A stretch of DNA of 64,000 nucleotides from Macrostomum hystrix (Eukaryota; Animalia; Platyhelminthes). The position numbers and the translations under genes are program-made. Positions 24,601-36,344 of the stretch are shown in pieces (within the stretch, counting starts at the first letter, position 1; every line of letters starts with the position of its first letter). Under the pieces are notes generated by a model, which was not told the origin of the DNA, did no database searches, and was given only the letters and a program-made list of their open reading frames with translations. The stretch lies in assembly GCA_950097015.1 (NCBI GenBank), contig CATNEN010000024.1:4402001-4466000 (forward strand), given 5' to 3'.

Positions 24601-27600
24601 ACCATTAAAAAATCAAAAGGAATCCCAAAACATGTTGTTAAAAACGATCTCCATGAAGCTTCATACAAGGACGCATTGATCAATAATAAAAACACCACCC
24701 ATGAATTTATGAAACTGCAGTCTAAGAACCACAACATTCACACAATTCAACAGAAGAAGATAGGCCTCTCAGGTGCCGATAACAAACGACATATCTTTGA
24801 TGACAACATTACCAGCCTACCATTTGGACACTATAGATTAAATAATTTGTAACAAAATTTGTTACAAAAATTTGTAAAAAAATGACAACCAATATTTATT
24901 TAGAAGAGCTAGCTCAGCAATTAAAAATCCCAAACTTCAGAGGCGTCTTTATGAAGGATACACTGCCAGAAACCCCACTAGAAAAAGAATGTGGAATCAT
25001 GAACTTTGACCCTGCAGAAAAGCCAGGTTCTCATTGGGTTTGTTGGGTAATTGATCCGAACCGTAAACACAAGTACTATTACTTTGATAGCTATGGAACT
25101 GCTGTACCCGAACAACTGAGAAATTATATGACTCATATGAGACATAAAATATACCGCTCAGATTTTATACTCCAGGGTATTAACAGTGATATTTGTGGTG
25201 AGCTATGTATGACTGTTTTGTATGCAATGACCCACACCCGAAAGAGTTACAAAGAAATCATTTTAGGGATGAAAAAATAATTTTTTTAGGTCCCGTTAGG
25301 TCCTGTTAGGTCTTGTTCATTTTCGCTGCTTTCGCCACATGCTGTTTGAACACATTCTCCAGATCATTTCTTAGCTGGCTCATTTCATCAATGGTATTTA
25401 GATTAAGCCTAACTCGTTGCTCATAGAGGTCTTGAATGTTTTTAAACTCATCCTCTGAAATGAACTTGTCTTCAATCGCCTTTGAGATGTACCCGATGAT
25501 AGAGCTTTGTACTGATTTCTCATTTGTTTGCTTCGCATGTAGATGCTTTAGCTTTTGTCGTCTGTTCCGTGATAGTGCTCCTGTAACTGCTGAAATCAGA
25601 CCACATGTGGCACCAGCAGCTCCGAGTGGAATGGCGATTGGCACAGTGATTACTGGAATTGTTGAAACAGCAGCTGCTGATCCCGATAGAACAGATACAG
25701 ATCCAAGAAGCATATTAAGGTAATCGAAGACCTTGCACTCTCTATTATAGCGCTTCAGTTTCTTGGTATTATGATCAATTTGCCGTTTAATATCATCTCG
25801 CATCTTTTGAATCTCCACCAATCTGAATTGCTGCGAGTTACAAGTGAAAGTTGGGTAAAGGGGTTGTTGTGGGCTTGGGTTGTTTGGAGGCGCACTAGGT
25901 TCATATAGAGAGTTAATTTTTTCAGACATTTATTGAACGAAAAAAAATTATATAAATTTTTTATGACCTTTCTCGCAAATCTGTTGCACGCCTTGCCGCC
26001 TCCCTTGATACCTCTTCTGATGGTCCATCAGATACTCTTGCTTCTTCAATGTCAATGTCCGGCAGATTGTGCAGTCTCTCTAGTCGGCCGAGTCTTCTTT
26101 TCGTTTTCCCCCAGTCGTTGTATATCCTATTCAAATACTCAGTGTGTCTTGTTACGTTTAGCCCCATGGGTCTTAGTGTTTCCTTTGTTTCATTTGCTAG
26201 TCTCTGAAGAGTTGTTATATCTGACTCTGCTGCTGTGAGTCGCGAACTCAATCTATCATGCACAGTGCTTGATCTTAGCATAAAGGCTTCTAAATTTCGA
26301 ACTTTATTTGAATTTTCTGTTACTCTTTCTTCCACCAAGTTTGCTCGATTATTAACGGCAGTTCTCAGAGTGGCGATGTCTAATCTTAGAGTGGCGATGT
26401 CTGATCTCAGAGTGGGTATCGCTGCAACAAGAGTATCCCGATCATGAACAAACTGTACATATAGTATGTCAATCTCTTCCTTCCGCTTTGCTATGCTCAC
26501 CCGTAGGTCTTCCATGTTTATTTGTCGTTGGTGTGTTGCCCGCTCTAGGGCTTTCAAGCGATCTTTAATGAGTTTGATTTCTGGAATTTTTTCGTCAACA
26601 TTTATATAACGCCTGTCAAGGTAAGAAACTTGAGCACTAGTGAGTGTGCTTCCGCGATCCAACGATTCACCTGCAAAATTAATAGACATTTTTTTAATAA
26701 CAAAATTTAAATTACAGTTCTTTTTTCTTTGTTGATCATCACAAACTGGTAAGGTTGATTCCACTTGTCATAGCAAAGATTAACGAATTCCTCCTGTGAA
26801 ATCTTTCTGTTGGAGTTTTTTGTTGGATTTACAAAATTGGCAGGCGCAATGACCTCATTGTAAAATCTTTTTAGCCTGTCCTGTGGAATTGTTGGAAACA
26901 GGAGGATCAGATTGCAGTTCCCACGAATTGTTTTGTTCGGGAGCTCGAACCAGTTCTGGGCAATGTAAATTACGTTACAATTGTTGTGCCGTCCTCTTGT
27001 AAAATAGTTTTCTATCTGCTTCTGTGGGCCTGTCATGCAATCATCAAAGACAATCAAATGTTTTCTCCCCTTTTCTAGCTCATCTGGTTGGGGTAGAAGT
27101 TTGGTCTTAGGATCAACCTGCGGATCTCCGTATGTGAACACTTTAATGTTCTGCCATTTTTCATTGTCTTTGATGTACTTTGCATATTCGGCAGCTACAA
27201 TTTCTGGGTTACTGGGAAGGCTCTTTTGGTTATTAAAACATTGAATAATGTGCTCTTTGTGCAGTCTGTTTTGCAGTCCAGAGATCAACATTTTATACTC
27301 ATCTTGATACAGGGTGGGAGAGTAGATGTGCAGAGTGTCATAGTCGATAAAGCCAGGTCTAAGAAGCATGTTAAAGACTCTGAATGTTTTACCTGAACCT
27401 GACGAACCAACAACAATGCATCTGAAGTGACTCGGGATTGACTCATGATGAGAAAACTTAATCTGATTACGTGTCCAGTGAGGATTGAAGTCGTTTGAAA
27501 AGTCCATTTTTCTATGATGAAAAAAAAATTAAAAAAGAGTAAATCATTTATAAGATGTGTCTAGGACTTAGATGTGTCTAGGACTTAGATGTGTCTTTTT

Positions 27601-30600
27601 GGGACTTAGATGTGTCTAGGACTTAGATGTGTCTATTTGGGACTTAGATGTGTCTTTTTGGGACTAGTCTTGTACCCTTACATGTCTTGTACCCTCGGAA
27701 AGTACCCTAGTACCCTATTCGAATTTGAAACCACTTCCTTTTTTAATGCTAGCTCTCATCTTCTCATAGATTGCAGGGTCCACAGTGTCTGGGTTTGGGG
27801 CCAGAGGAGCCAGCGGAGCCAGCGGAGCCAGCGGAGCCAATGGGGGCTGAATATCTTGTGTTACAGTATCCTTTATCTTTTTAGCCGCAGTGACAACACT
27901 TCCCACAGATTCAGCCACGTTCTTAATATTATCTTTGTTCTCACTAATGACTTTAAAGATCTGAGCACCCTGTGCAATCATGTCAGCAAGACCATTCCCT
28001 GAGCGTTCTTTCCTAGGATAGTGACCTGCTGGGAAAAGTCCAGATCCACGCTTAATTAGATTAAGTTCCTCCTTGTCATAGTATTTGTCCACGTCTTTTT
28101 CGAAAATAATCGGCATTTTTTATTAGGGAAGAAATTATTTTTTGTTAAAACGTGAAAGCAGAAGCTCTCTTGCCCGTTTGTCGATATACTTCTTTTCCAT
28201 CATTTTGTCCAGGATGTTGACAAATTCTTTTCTATTTTCGTCTTTCATGCCAGTCTTTGCAGCTCCAAGAAGAACGGCCACTCGCTTATAGATGTCAGAA
28301 ATTCCTTTTCCTTGAAATGATTGGTCAGTGGAGGACTGGTCGGTGGAGGACTGGGGTGAACTCTCAACTGGTCTTTGTTGTGGTGTGAACACTCTTGCCT
28401 TGATTTTATTCATTCGAGCTGGGGAGAAATTTTCTAGTTGTTGCCAGGCATCCGGGTGATCATTTTTATATTTAGCTACTTGAGTCGGATCTGCATTTTC
28501 AAGGGCACTGAGTACGTCTTCGGGTGTTGATTCAGATGTTTGTTGCTGCTGTGGCGGTTGCTGCTGGGGCGGTTGCTGCTGGGGCGGTTGCTGTTCTAGA
28601 TGTTTTATGGCATCTTCTTGATCTGGCAAACCAAACCATTGTTTAAAATGCTTGTACTTTTTGAATCTAGTCAGGATGACACCGTTGTCATGCATCATTT
28701 TCAGAATTTGTGGGGCCTTTAGTATTTCTATATCTCTTGCAAGAGCAAAACTCACAAGATCTCTATAGTTCTTTAGCTGCTTGTCCGAAATTTTCTCTTG
28801 GTTCTTAGTCATAAAATTCAGTAAGGTTTCTGTGTAAATTATTCTCTTAGTTTCTGAGCCTTTGACAACAGAAATATGGTTCTTGTTTATGTCGATATAA
28901 TATTCCACTGGTTCATTATAAATGTTTTTTCTCCACATGCTTATTCCAAATACATATTTCCCATCATGTTCTGCGCGTTCTACTGGTCCAAAAAAGTTAT
29001 CTGTCACTTTTAGTTGTGACTGTTGTGGGACTTGGACTTGTGGATCTGCAGATTGCTGTATCTGCGGTGCTTCTGGAATTTTGTCCAAAGCCTTTTGCAC
29101 CTGGGTTTCCTGTATGTCGTCAATAGTTTCTTTGACTTGATCAATATTTTTCTTAGCTTCTCCATACCCGGGTTTATGAAACTCTGTGGCTGCTTGGACA
29201 AACTCATTGTAGGATTGTTGCTCCTTATTGATTAGCCCGGTAACTCTCTTTTCTGCTTGTGCTAGCTTCTCCAATTCAGATATTTGGTGCGCATTTTTTC
29301 GCTTCATTTTTATTTTATTTTTTTTAGTTTAAAAAAATGAACGACCCACTGACACCAGTTTTCTACAAAATTAACAAGCCTATTTTGAGTGATGATAGCA
29401 CAATCAAAGCGACTCAAGTAAGAGTTCCCAGTCAGGAAAATCAGAATGAAACTAATCTTGGTCCTGGTCAAACACTGACATTCACCTACAATGGATGTTC
29501 GTCTCTGGTTAGTGTGCACAGTCTTAAGAGCGGCTTCCATATGACATTTCAATTCAAGACAAAGGGAGGTGCGGATGCAGCTCATGCTAACGTTGACAAG
29601 CATGATGCAGATGTGGCTCTGATTAGTAACTTTTGGGCGTACATGTTCAAGGAGTTTAGTGTATCGAATGGGAGCACAGAGTTGGAGCGAATCGCCAACT
29701 TTGGAATTGTCTATGACGCTCATTGTTTGATCGAGAATCCAGATTTTATTCAGTTGGGGAGTGGTGCAGGTTTTATTGCAGATGAAAAAGAAGGAGATAT
29801 CAATGACAGTGGCTATAAAAAGAGGAAGAAGAGATACAACTATGCATTGCAAGGTGCTGATGATGCTGCCAAGAACCCGCTGTATCGGTCTGTTGATGTA
29901 TTCATACCACTGAGATTCATGAGTGGATTCTGTAATACATTTAATCGACTGACTAGTAATTTCAGCTACACCTTTAAGATGACTAGAGATGATCGCAGTA
30001 GAGTGTTGTGGACTGGGGCGGACCACACTAGGATGGAAGTGAAGCTAACCGGAATCGAGCTGTATTTGGAAGTCATTGAGCCAAAGACCGCACTAAAAGC
30101 AGATTATCTCAAGGCAATAGAGAAGGACATTGATGTCGCCTACACGGCCTACATGTGTCGAGATGAGCGAAACGAAACCAGAACAAACATCTGCATTAAA
30201 GAGGGATCATGCAGCAATCCTAGGTATATTATTATTAACATGAGAAACCCAAATAACATTATACGCTACATGCATGGAGACGTGCGGTCCATTCAGCATG
30301 AAATCAGTGATAATCTTTACCCCGCACTGCCACAAAATGGAAATTTCAGTCAGAACAAGATTAGCAAATTTTACAGCGAGTTGGTCGACTTGGCTGTGAA
30401 AGAGAACAATGGAATTGCTATCACTGCTCTTCAATATGGAACTCTTTATCCGATGTTTGGCGCTGATGTGTCTGCCAGACAAATGCCTACTGATAACAGC
30501 CCTGTGAATATCGTGACTAACATTGAGAGGACTGCCGCAACTGCTGTTGACCTGTACATTATCTATGCGTTCGAGAGGAAGGTGAAGCTTAACATGATCA

Positions 30601-33600
30601 ACAATTCATCCAGTAAAGTTTAAATATTTTTTTTCGGGGCTGAAAAATGGAAGCGATTGCTGAAAGACTAAATAATATTATTTCTCACTCTAAGGAGAGC
30701 ATTCCTATTACAATAGCTGGGCGAATTAATGACTCAAACGGGATATTTGTTGAAAAATTAGAGCAGGCGATTCATCTGGATCCAGGTGCTAATTACCATG
30801 TATATCTTAACGACTTCACTGGTTGGTCAAACGTTCCCAATGTGACAGCAGCAAATAATAAGTTTCATTACAAATGGAGAGGTGCAGCAGCAGAAGCTGT
30901 GGTATTCCCTGTGAGCACGCAAAGTGTGGATACCTACAATTACTTTCTAGAAAGTGTTTTTACTAAAAGAGGCCATTTTGAAACACCCAATGAGAGCAAG
31001 CCAGAGAAGAAACTGTTCCCTGTCAAACTATCCTATGATCTCACTGTAATGAGAGTGGTCATGCAAGTTCACAAAGATGCTGAGGTTGAATTTAAAGATG
31101 ACACATGGTATAGGGAATTGGGATTCGAGAAGAAAGTTTATAAGGCGGAAGCACAGACTGCATCACCGGAGGCAGTTTCAAGGACCCTGCTAAGCGGCTT
31201 GTTCTTAGCACCCAATATCGCAGACATTGTAAAGGGTTTGAATATACTAATCAGAAGTAATCTCAGTCGTGATTGGGTGTTTAAGGGAAAGCGAACGAAT
31301 ATTTTGTACAACATCTCAAACTCTGTTGCTGGAGGACAGATGCTGGTAGAGAAACCAAATCCAGTGAAAAGAGTTGTGCTAAGTAATAAGGAGATTCACG
31401 AGATTGTGCTGCAGTTTGAGACGGAAGATGGTGTTGGCGTTGATTTCAACGGTGAAGAGTTTGTATTGACGTTGATCATTGAGAGAATGTAAGCTGCTTA
31501 ATGATTTCTGCAAAGTTATAGTAGCTGTCGTAGTCCTTTATAATTGCTCCATACTTATGAAACCAGTGACTTTGGAGAGCTAGATTAATATTAGGGACAT
31601 TGATATCGACGTTGGGACAATATTTCTTCATGTACTCGCTGCATTCTCGTTTGCATTGGTACTTACTCTTGTAATTAGGCTCATGACTTTTGTAATAAGA
31701 TCCTGGAGAGACGATTGGGAGCATTTTTAATGAGAATATAATTTTTTTTCGGAGGATGAGCACCCTAGGTTCGGGGTCTTGATTGGGATTTTAGTGCTAA
31801 TTTGATTGTCTTGGCACGCTTTTTGCAGCTTCGCTATTTTGTGCATGATCTCTTAGGGAGTGGCTGCGATAATTTGTTTTGTCCAAGTTCAGAAACTGGA
31901 AAGTATTTTTTTTTTGGCGGGGGAACCTTGTTCCTTCAGGAAAGGTAATGGTTTGTGCAATAAGGAGGCTGCGATAATTTTTTGTCCTAGATATTCAACT
32001 TACAAACTGATGTGGGATATTAAAAGTAGAGAATTTAGAATATGGAGACGGAGTTTTTAGAGGGGCGGGGACCCTTTTTTTCCTGATCTCTTCGGGAATA
32101 ATAAAAGTAATGGTTTGTGGATAATGGAGGCTGCGATTATTTTTGTCCTAGAAGCCCCCTCTTGCATACTACTTTCCGTTAACAAAAGCTATTGCTATGA
32201 TATTTAGAAAGGCCAGAGACATACTTTAGGAGCGTTTAAATCTTTGAATCGCCAAGAAAGCATGAACTTATTGAGAATATAATACTGGTACTTACATTCT
32301 CCTCTTCCGCGCCGGAGAAGCGGTGCATAATCTGCTCAGAGATGGAGTGCATGAGCAGGATCCAGCCGAGGTTCATGTAGCGCATGATGCTCAGGCGCAG
32401 CCGGCGGGCCACCTCGAAGGTGCTCTTCGTGCCAGTCAGGATGCCGTAGGAGAAGAATGAGATGCGGTTTAGCCAAGGGATGTTGAGGTACATCTGCCAC
32501 CATCGCCCGATCACGCCTGCGGGTTGTGAATGGAAAGTGCGTTGTAGAGAGAGAGAGAGAGAGTACATCTAGCCCAGCTGAGCCTGAAGTTCAACCAGTG
32601 GCGCAGCCGCAGCTAATACTAATAGTAATAGTAATAATAATAAGTGCCGAAGGGCTGCGGGCAGTGGCACATCATTTGGTGACACTAGACCCGCAGCCAG
32701 CGAGGAGGCAATTCTGCCTATTTCGCTGACTCCTGAGCACACACGCACACAGATACTGTACGCAGGCACACGCTCACACAGGTGTGTACATCTGCCCTGA
32801 CTTTCTCATCGTCAGGCAGTTCGCACTCTCACTGCGCCTTGGAGGTTGGCCCTCAAAGGCGTAAACTGCACGACAAGCCCCCAAGCCTTCTCTCCGCGGC
32901 TGCGCCCCAAATAAATGTGGCCTCGCCGTGGAATCGAACTTAGGGACCGTGGTGCGAGAGGCAAACGAGTTAACCGCTTAATATTTTTTCTGATACGTTC
33001 GTTGCTGAAGTGAGATTAATTAAGATGATTTTCAAGCATATAGTTTGCCTCGTTACAACTGATGGAAAATGTCTGAGTCCCAAAAATGTTTTCTAATTTT
33101 GACTGCACAATATTGGGGTACTGCAGGTAACTAAAATTTGCTAATTATTTTCTAAATTGACAGGTGTCTCAGCTTGCCCGTCTAGATTGACAGGTGTATC
33201 AGATTGCCTGTCTAGATTGACAGGTACGTGAGATTGCCTGTCCAGATTGACAGGTCAGCTTGCCCGTCTAGATTGACAGGTGTCAGATTGCCCGTCTAGA
33301 TTGACAGGTGTCAGATAGCCCGTCTAGATTGACAGGTGTCAGATAGCCCGTCTAAATTGACAGGTGTCAGATTGCCCGTCTAGATTGACAGGTGTATCAG
33401 CTTGCCCGTCTAGATTGACAGGTGCGTGAGATTGCCTGTCCAGATTGACAGGTCAGCTTGCCCGTCTAGATTGACAGGTGTCAGATAGCCCGTCTAGATT
33501 GACAGGTGTCAGATAGCCCGTCTAAATTGACAGGTGTCAGATTGCCCGTCTAGATTGACAGGTGTATCAGCTTGCCCGTCTAGATTGACAGGTGCGTGAG

Positions 33601-36308
33601 ATTGCCTGTCCAGATTGACAGGTCAGCTTGCCCGTCTAGATTGACAGGTGTCAGATTGCCCGTCTAGATTGACAGGTGTCAGATTGCCCGTCTAAATTGA
33701 CAGGTGTCAGATTGCCCGTCTAGATTGAGAGGTGTCAGATTTCCCGTCTAGATTGACAGGTGTATCAGATTGACTGTCTAGATTGACAGGTGCGTGAGAT
33801 TGCCTGTCCAGATTGACAGGTCAGCTTGCCCGTCTAGATTGACAGGTGTCAGATTGCCCGTCTAGATTGACAGGTGTCAGATAGCCCGTCTAGATTGACA
33901 GGTGTCAGATTGCCTGTCTAGATTGACAGGTATATCAGATTGCCCGTCTAGATTGACAGGTGTCAGATTGCCAGTCCAGATTGATAGGTGTCAGATTGCC
34001 CGTCTAGATTGGCAGGTGTCAGGTGGCAGGTGGGACCTTGGCGCGAGAGGCACGCTCTGCCACCGACCCCCAGCCGCAGTTATCACTTGACGCTTCCAAA
34101 GGTCGTGTACAGCTGTTCAGTCCATGGACTGGGGAGGCTGCCAGGCCCACCAGAATTTTTATCCCACGCTGGCACTCAGTTAGGAAGGCTGAATCATTAG
34201 GAAACGTTGTGCCTTGCTCAAAGACACCAAATTCTTTGATTGGGCTGCGAATCGAACTCCCGACCTCTGGGTCAAAAGTCCAAAGCTCTAACCACCATGG
34301 AGCTTGAGTTAGTTTATTTGTATCTAAAAATATGTGCAATGAAAGGTGCTTGACGTAATTCTTCATTGACCATTTGCATATAGTGATCAAATGCGATTAA
34401 GTGACGCAGAAACTGCCGATCCTATGGTCTTTAGTACAACAGTCTGCCACTCAAGCAAGCGGAACAAATGGAGATGTAGAGGGACAAAGCCTGGCTTTTG
34501 TTTTCTCTGAAATTCCCGAGAAGGAGGCCGGCCTATTCAAGACTTTTTCATCTGAAAACTGTACAATAACACAGGGGAATGGAGAATGAGAAGCATTAGT
34601 GCGTGAGCTGCAGTGTTGGGGGTGGGGACCAGAAGCTTGTTGGAGTTAGTGGGACTGGAGGGCCGCAGTTCAGCACGAGAGGGGGTTGGCGCGTTTCAAC
34701 GCATGCCAAATGTGACTCGTCATCAATTTTGAATGGCGAGAGCCAAGATGGGATAGTCACGCGGGTAGCTTGGGTGGGGTGGGGGCGGTGGGCACGGATT
34801 TGGTAGGCCGGTCTGGTTTTCCTCTGGAGTCAAGGAGCAGCTCTTGAATAGCTGGCACAGTTGCCAGCTGTCAGCTGGGTGACTGCGCCAAGTGCAGTCG
34901 GGCATCGGGCATCGCGTGCCTAACAGCGCTTCAACCGATGGGAGAGAAAGTGAATGAGCCAAGGTGTCTGCCAATCAGTAGTCCAGTCCTAATTTCCAAA
35001 CTCTAAATCATTCACGAGCGTATTATCTAAATCCCATGTCAGGGACATACTCTCAGGCTAGCAATGATGTCACTTACAAAGTCAGTTGATTCGCATGAGG
35101 CTTAATGCTTAGACCACTCAGATTCAATCGAGCCTTCCACCGAATCAACTCTGCTAAAACCTGCCCGTGTAGTACAGTCTACCCAATGCAGTCTACTCAA
35201 TGCAGTCTACCCAATGCAGTCTACTCAATGCAGTCTACCCAATGCAGTCTACTCAATGCAGTCTACTCAATGCAGTCTACCCAAAACAGTCTACCCAATG
35301 CAGTCTACCCAATCCAGTCTACCCAATCCAGTCTACCCAATGCTGTCTACCCAATCCATTCCACCCAATATTTATAGTCTACCCAATTCAGTCTACCCAA
35401 TGCAGTCTCCCCAATCCAGTCTACCCAATGCTGTCTACCCAATCCAGTCTACCCAATCCAGTCTACCCAATGCTGTCTACCCAATGCTGTCTACCCAATG
35501 CTGTCTACCCAATGCTGTCTACCCAATCCAGTCTACCCAATGCTGTCTACCCAATCCATTCCACCCAATATTTATAGTCTACCCAATCCAGTCTACCCAA
35601 TCCAGTCTACCCAATCCAGTCTACCCAATCCATTCCTCCCAATATTTATAGTCTACCCAATCCAGTCTAACCAATCCAGTCTACCCAATCCAGTCTACCC
35701 AATGCTGTCTATCCAATGCTGTCTACCCAATCCAGTCTACCCAATCCAGTCTACCCAATCCAGTCTACCCAATCCAGTCTACCCAATCCAGTCTACCCAA
35801 TCCAGTCTACCCAATCCAGTCTACCCAATGCTGTCTACCCAGTCTGTCCCAAAGGTTTCAACAGCCGCGGCCTGAGCCTCACCAGCCACGAAGAATCCCA
35901 GAATGAAGGACAGCGGGATGCCCTTGTCCATCTGTCCGCAGAATATCACAACCAATTCAAAGGTGTGCCGAGAGCTGGGTGACAATAGAAATCGGTAGCA
36001 GAGGCTGATGGCCGCATAGGCCGACAGATAGACCAGCAGCTCGCTGTACAACAGCCGGTAGATGCTGCCGCGCCACATTGCTAACAGCTTCAGGAAGACG
36101 CATCTCGTATTAGTTGATACAATCCTGGCGTAGGAGCCTGGCACTGCCATGTTGCCTTGCCCAGGCTGCAGGTGCGAAACTGGTTTAGAAGAGCTAAGCC
36201 TGGCAAAGTCTTGTACGCGCAAGAAATAAGGGACCTGTCCGCATGCGCTGTGTTTATCTTTCAGCCAACCTCTCTACCTGCTTTCGGCGGGACAACCACT
36301 GAGCGAGA

Positions 36309-36344
<36 letters not shown>

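Larger units (their letters stand above)
16529..32173. mobile_element. Complete Maverick/Polinton (adintovirus-like endogenous virus), 15,645 bp
   Basis: Starts AGTAGTATGCAAG and ends CTTGCATACTACT; 6-bp TSD TTCCGT at 16523-16528 and 32174-32179; 682-bp TIRs; INT, pPolB, PRO, ATPase, MCP and mCP ORFs all uninterrupted. Confidence 0.98.

Noticed and set aside
26690-26764. N-terminal extension of the coiled-coil ORF as given in the ORF track
   Set aside because: Overlaps the ATPase 3' end; the ATG at 26689 has the canonical AAAAAAATG context
29310-30026. Antisense ORFs over element genes (also 17415-17774, 19018-19377, 25436-25723, 27610-28002)
   Set aside because: Shadows of well-supported genes on the opposite strand, no motifs
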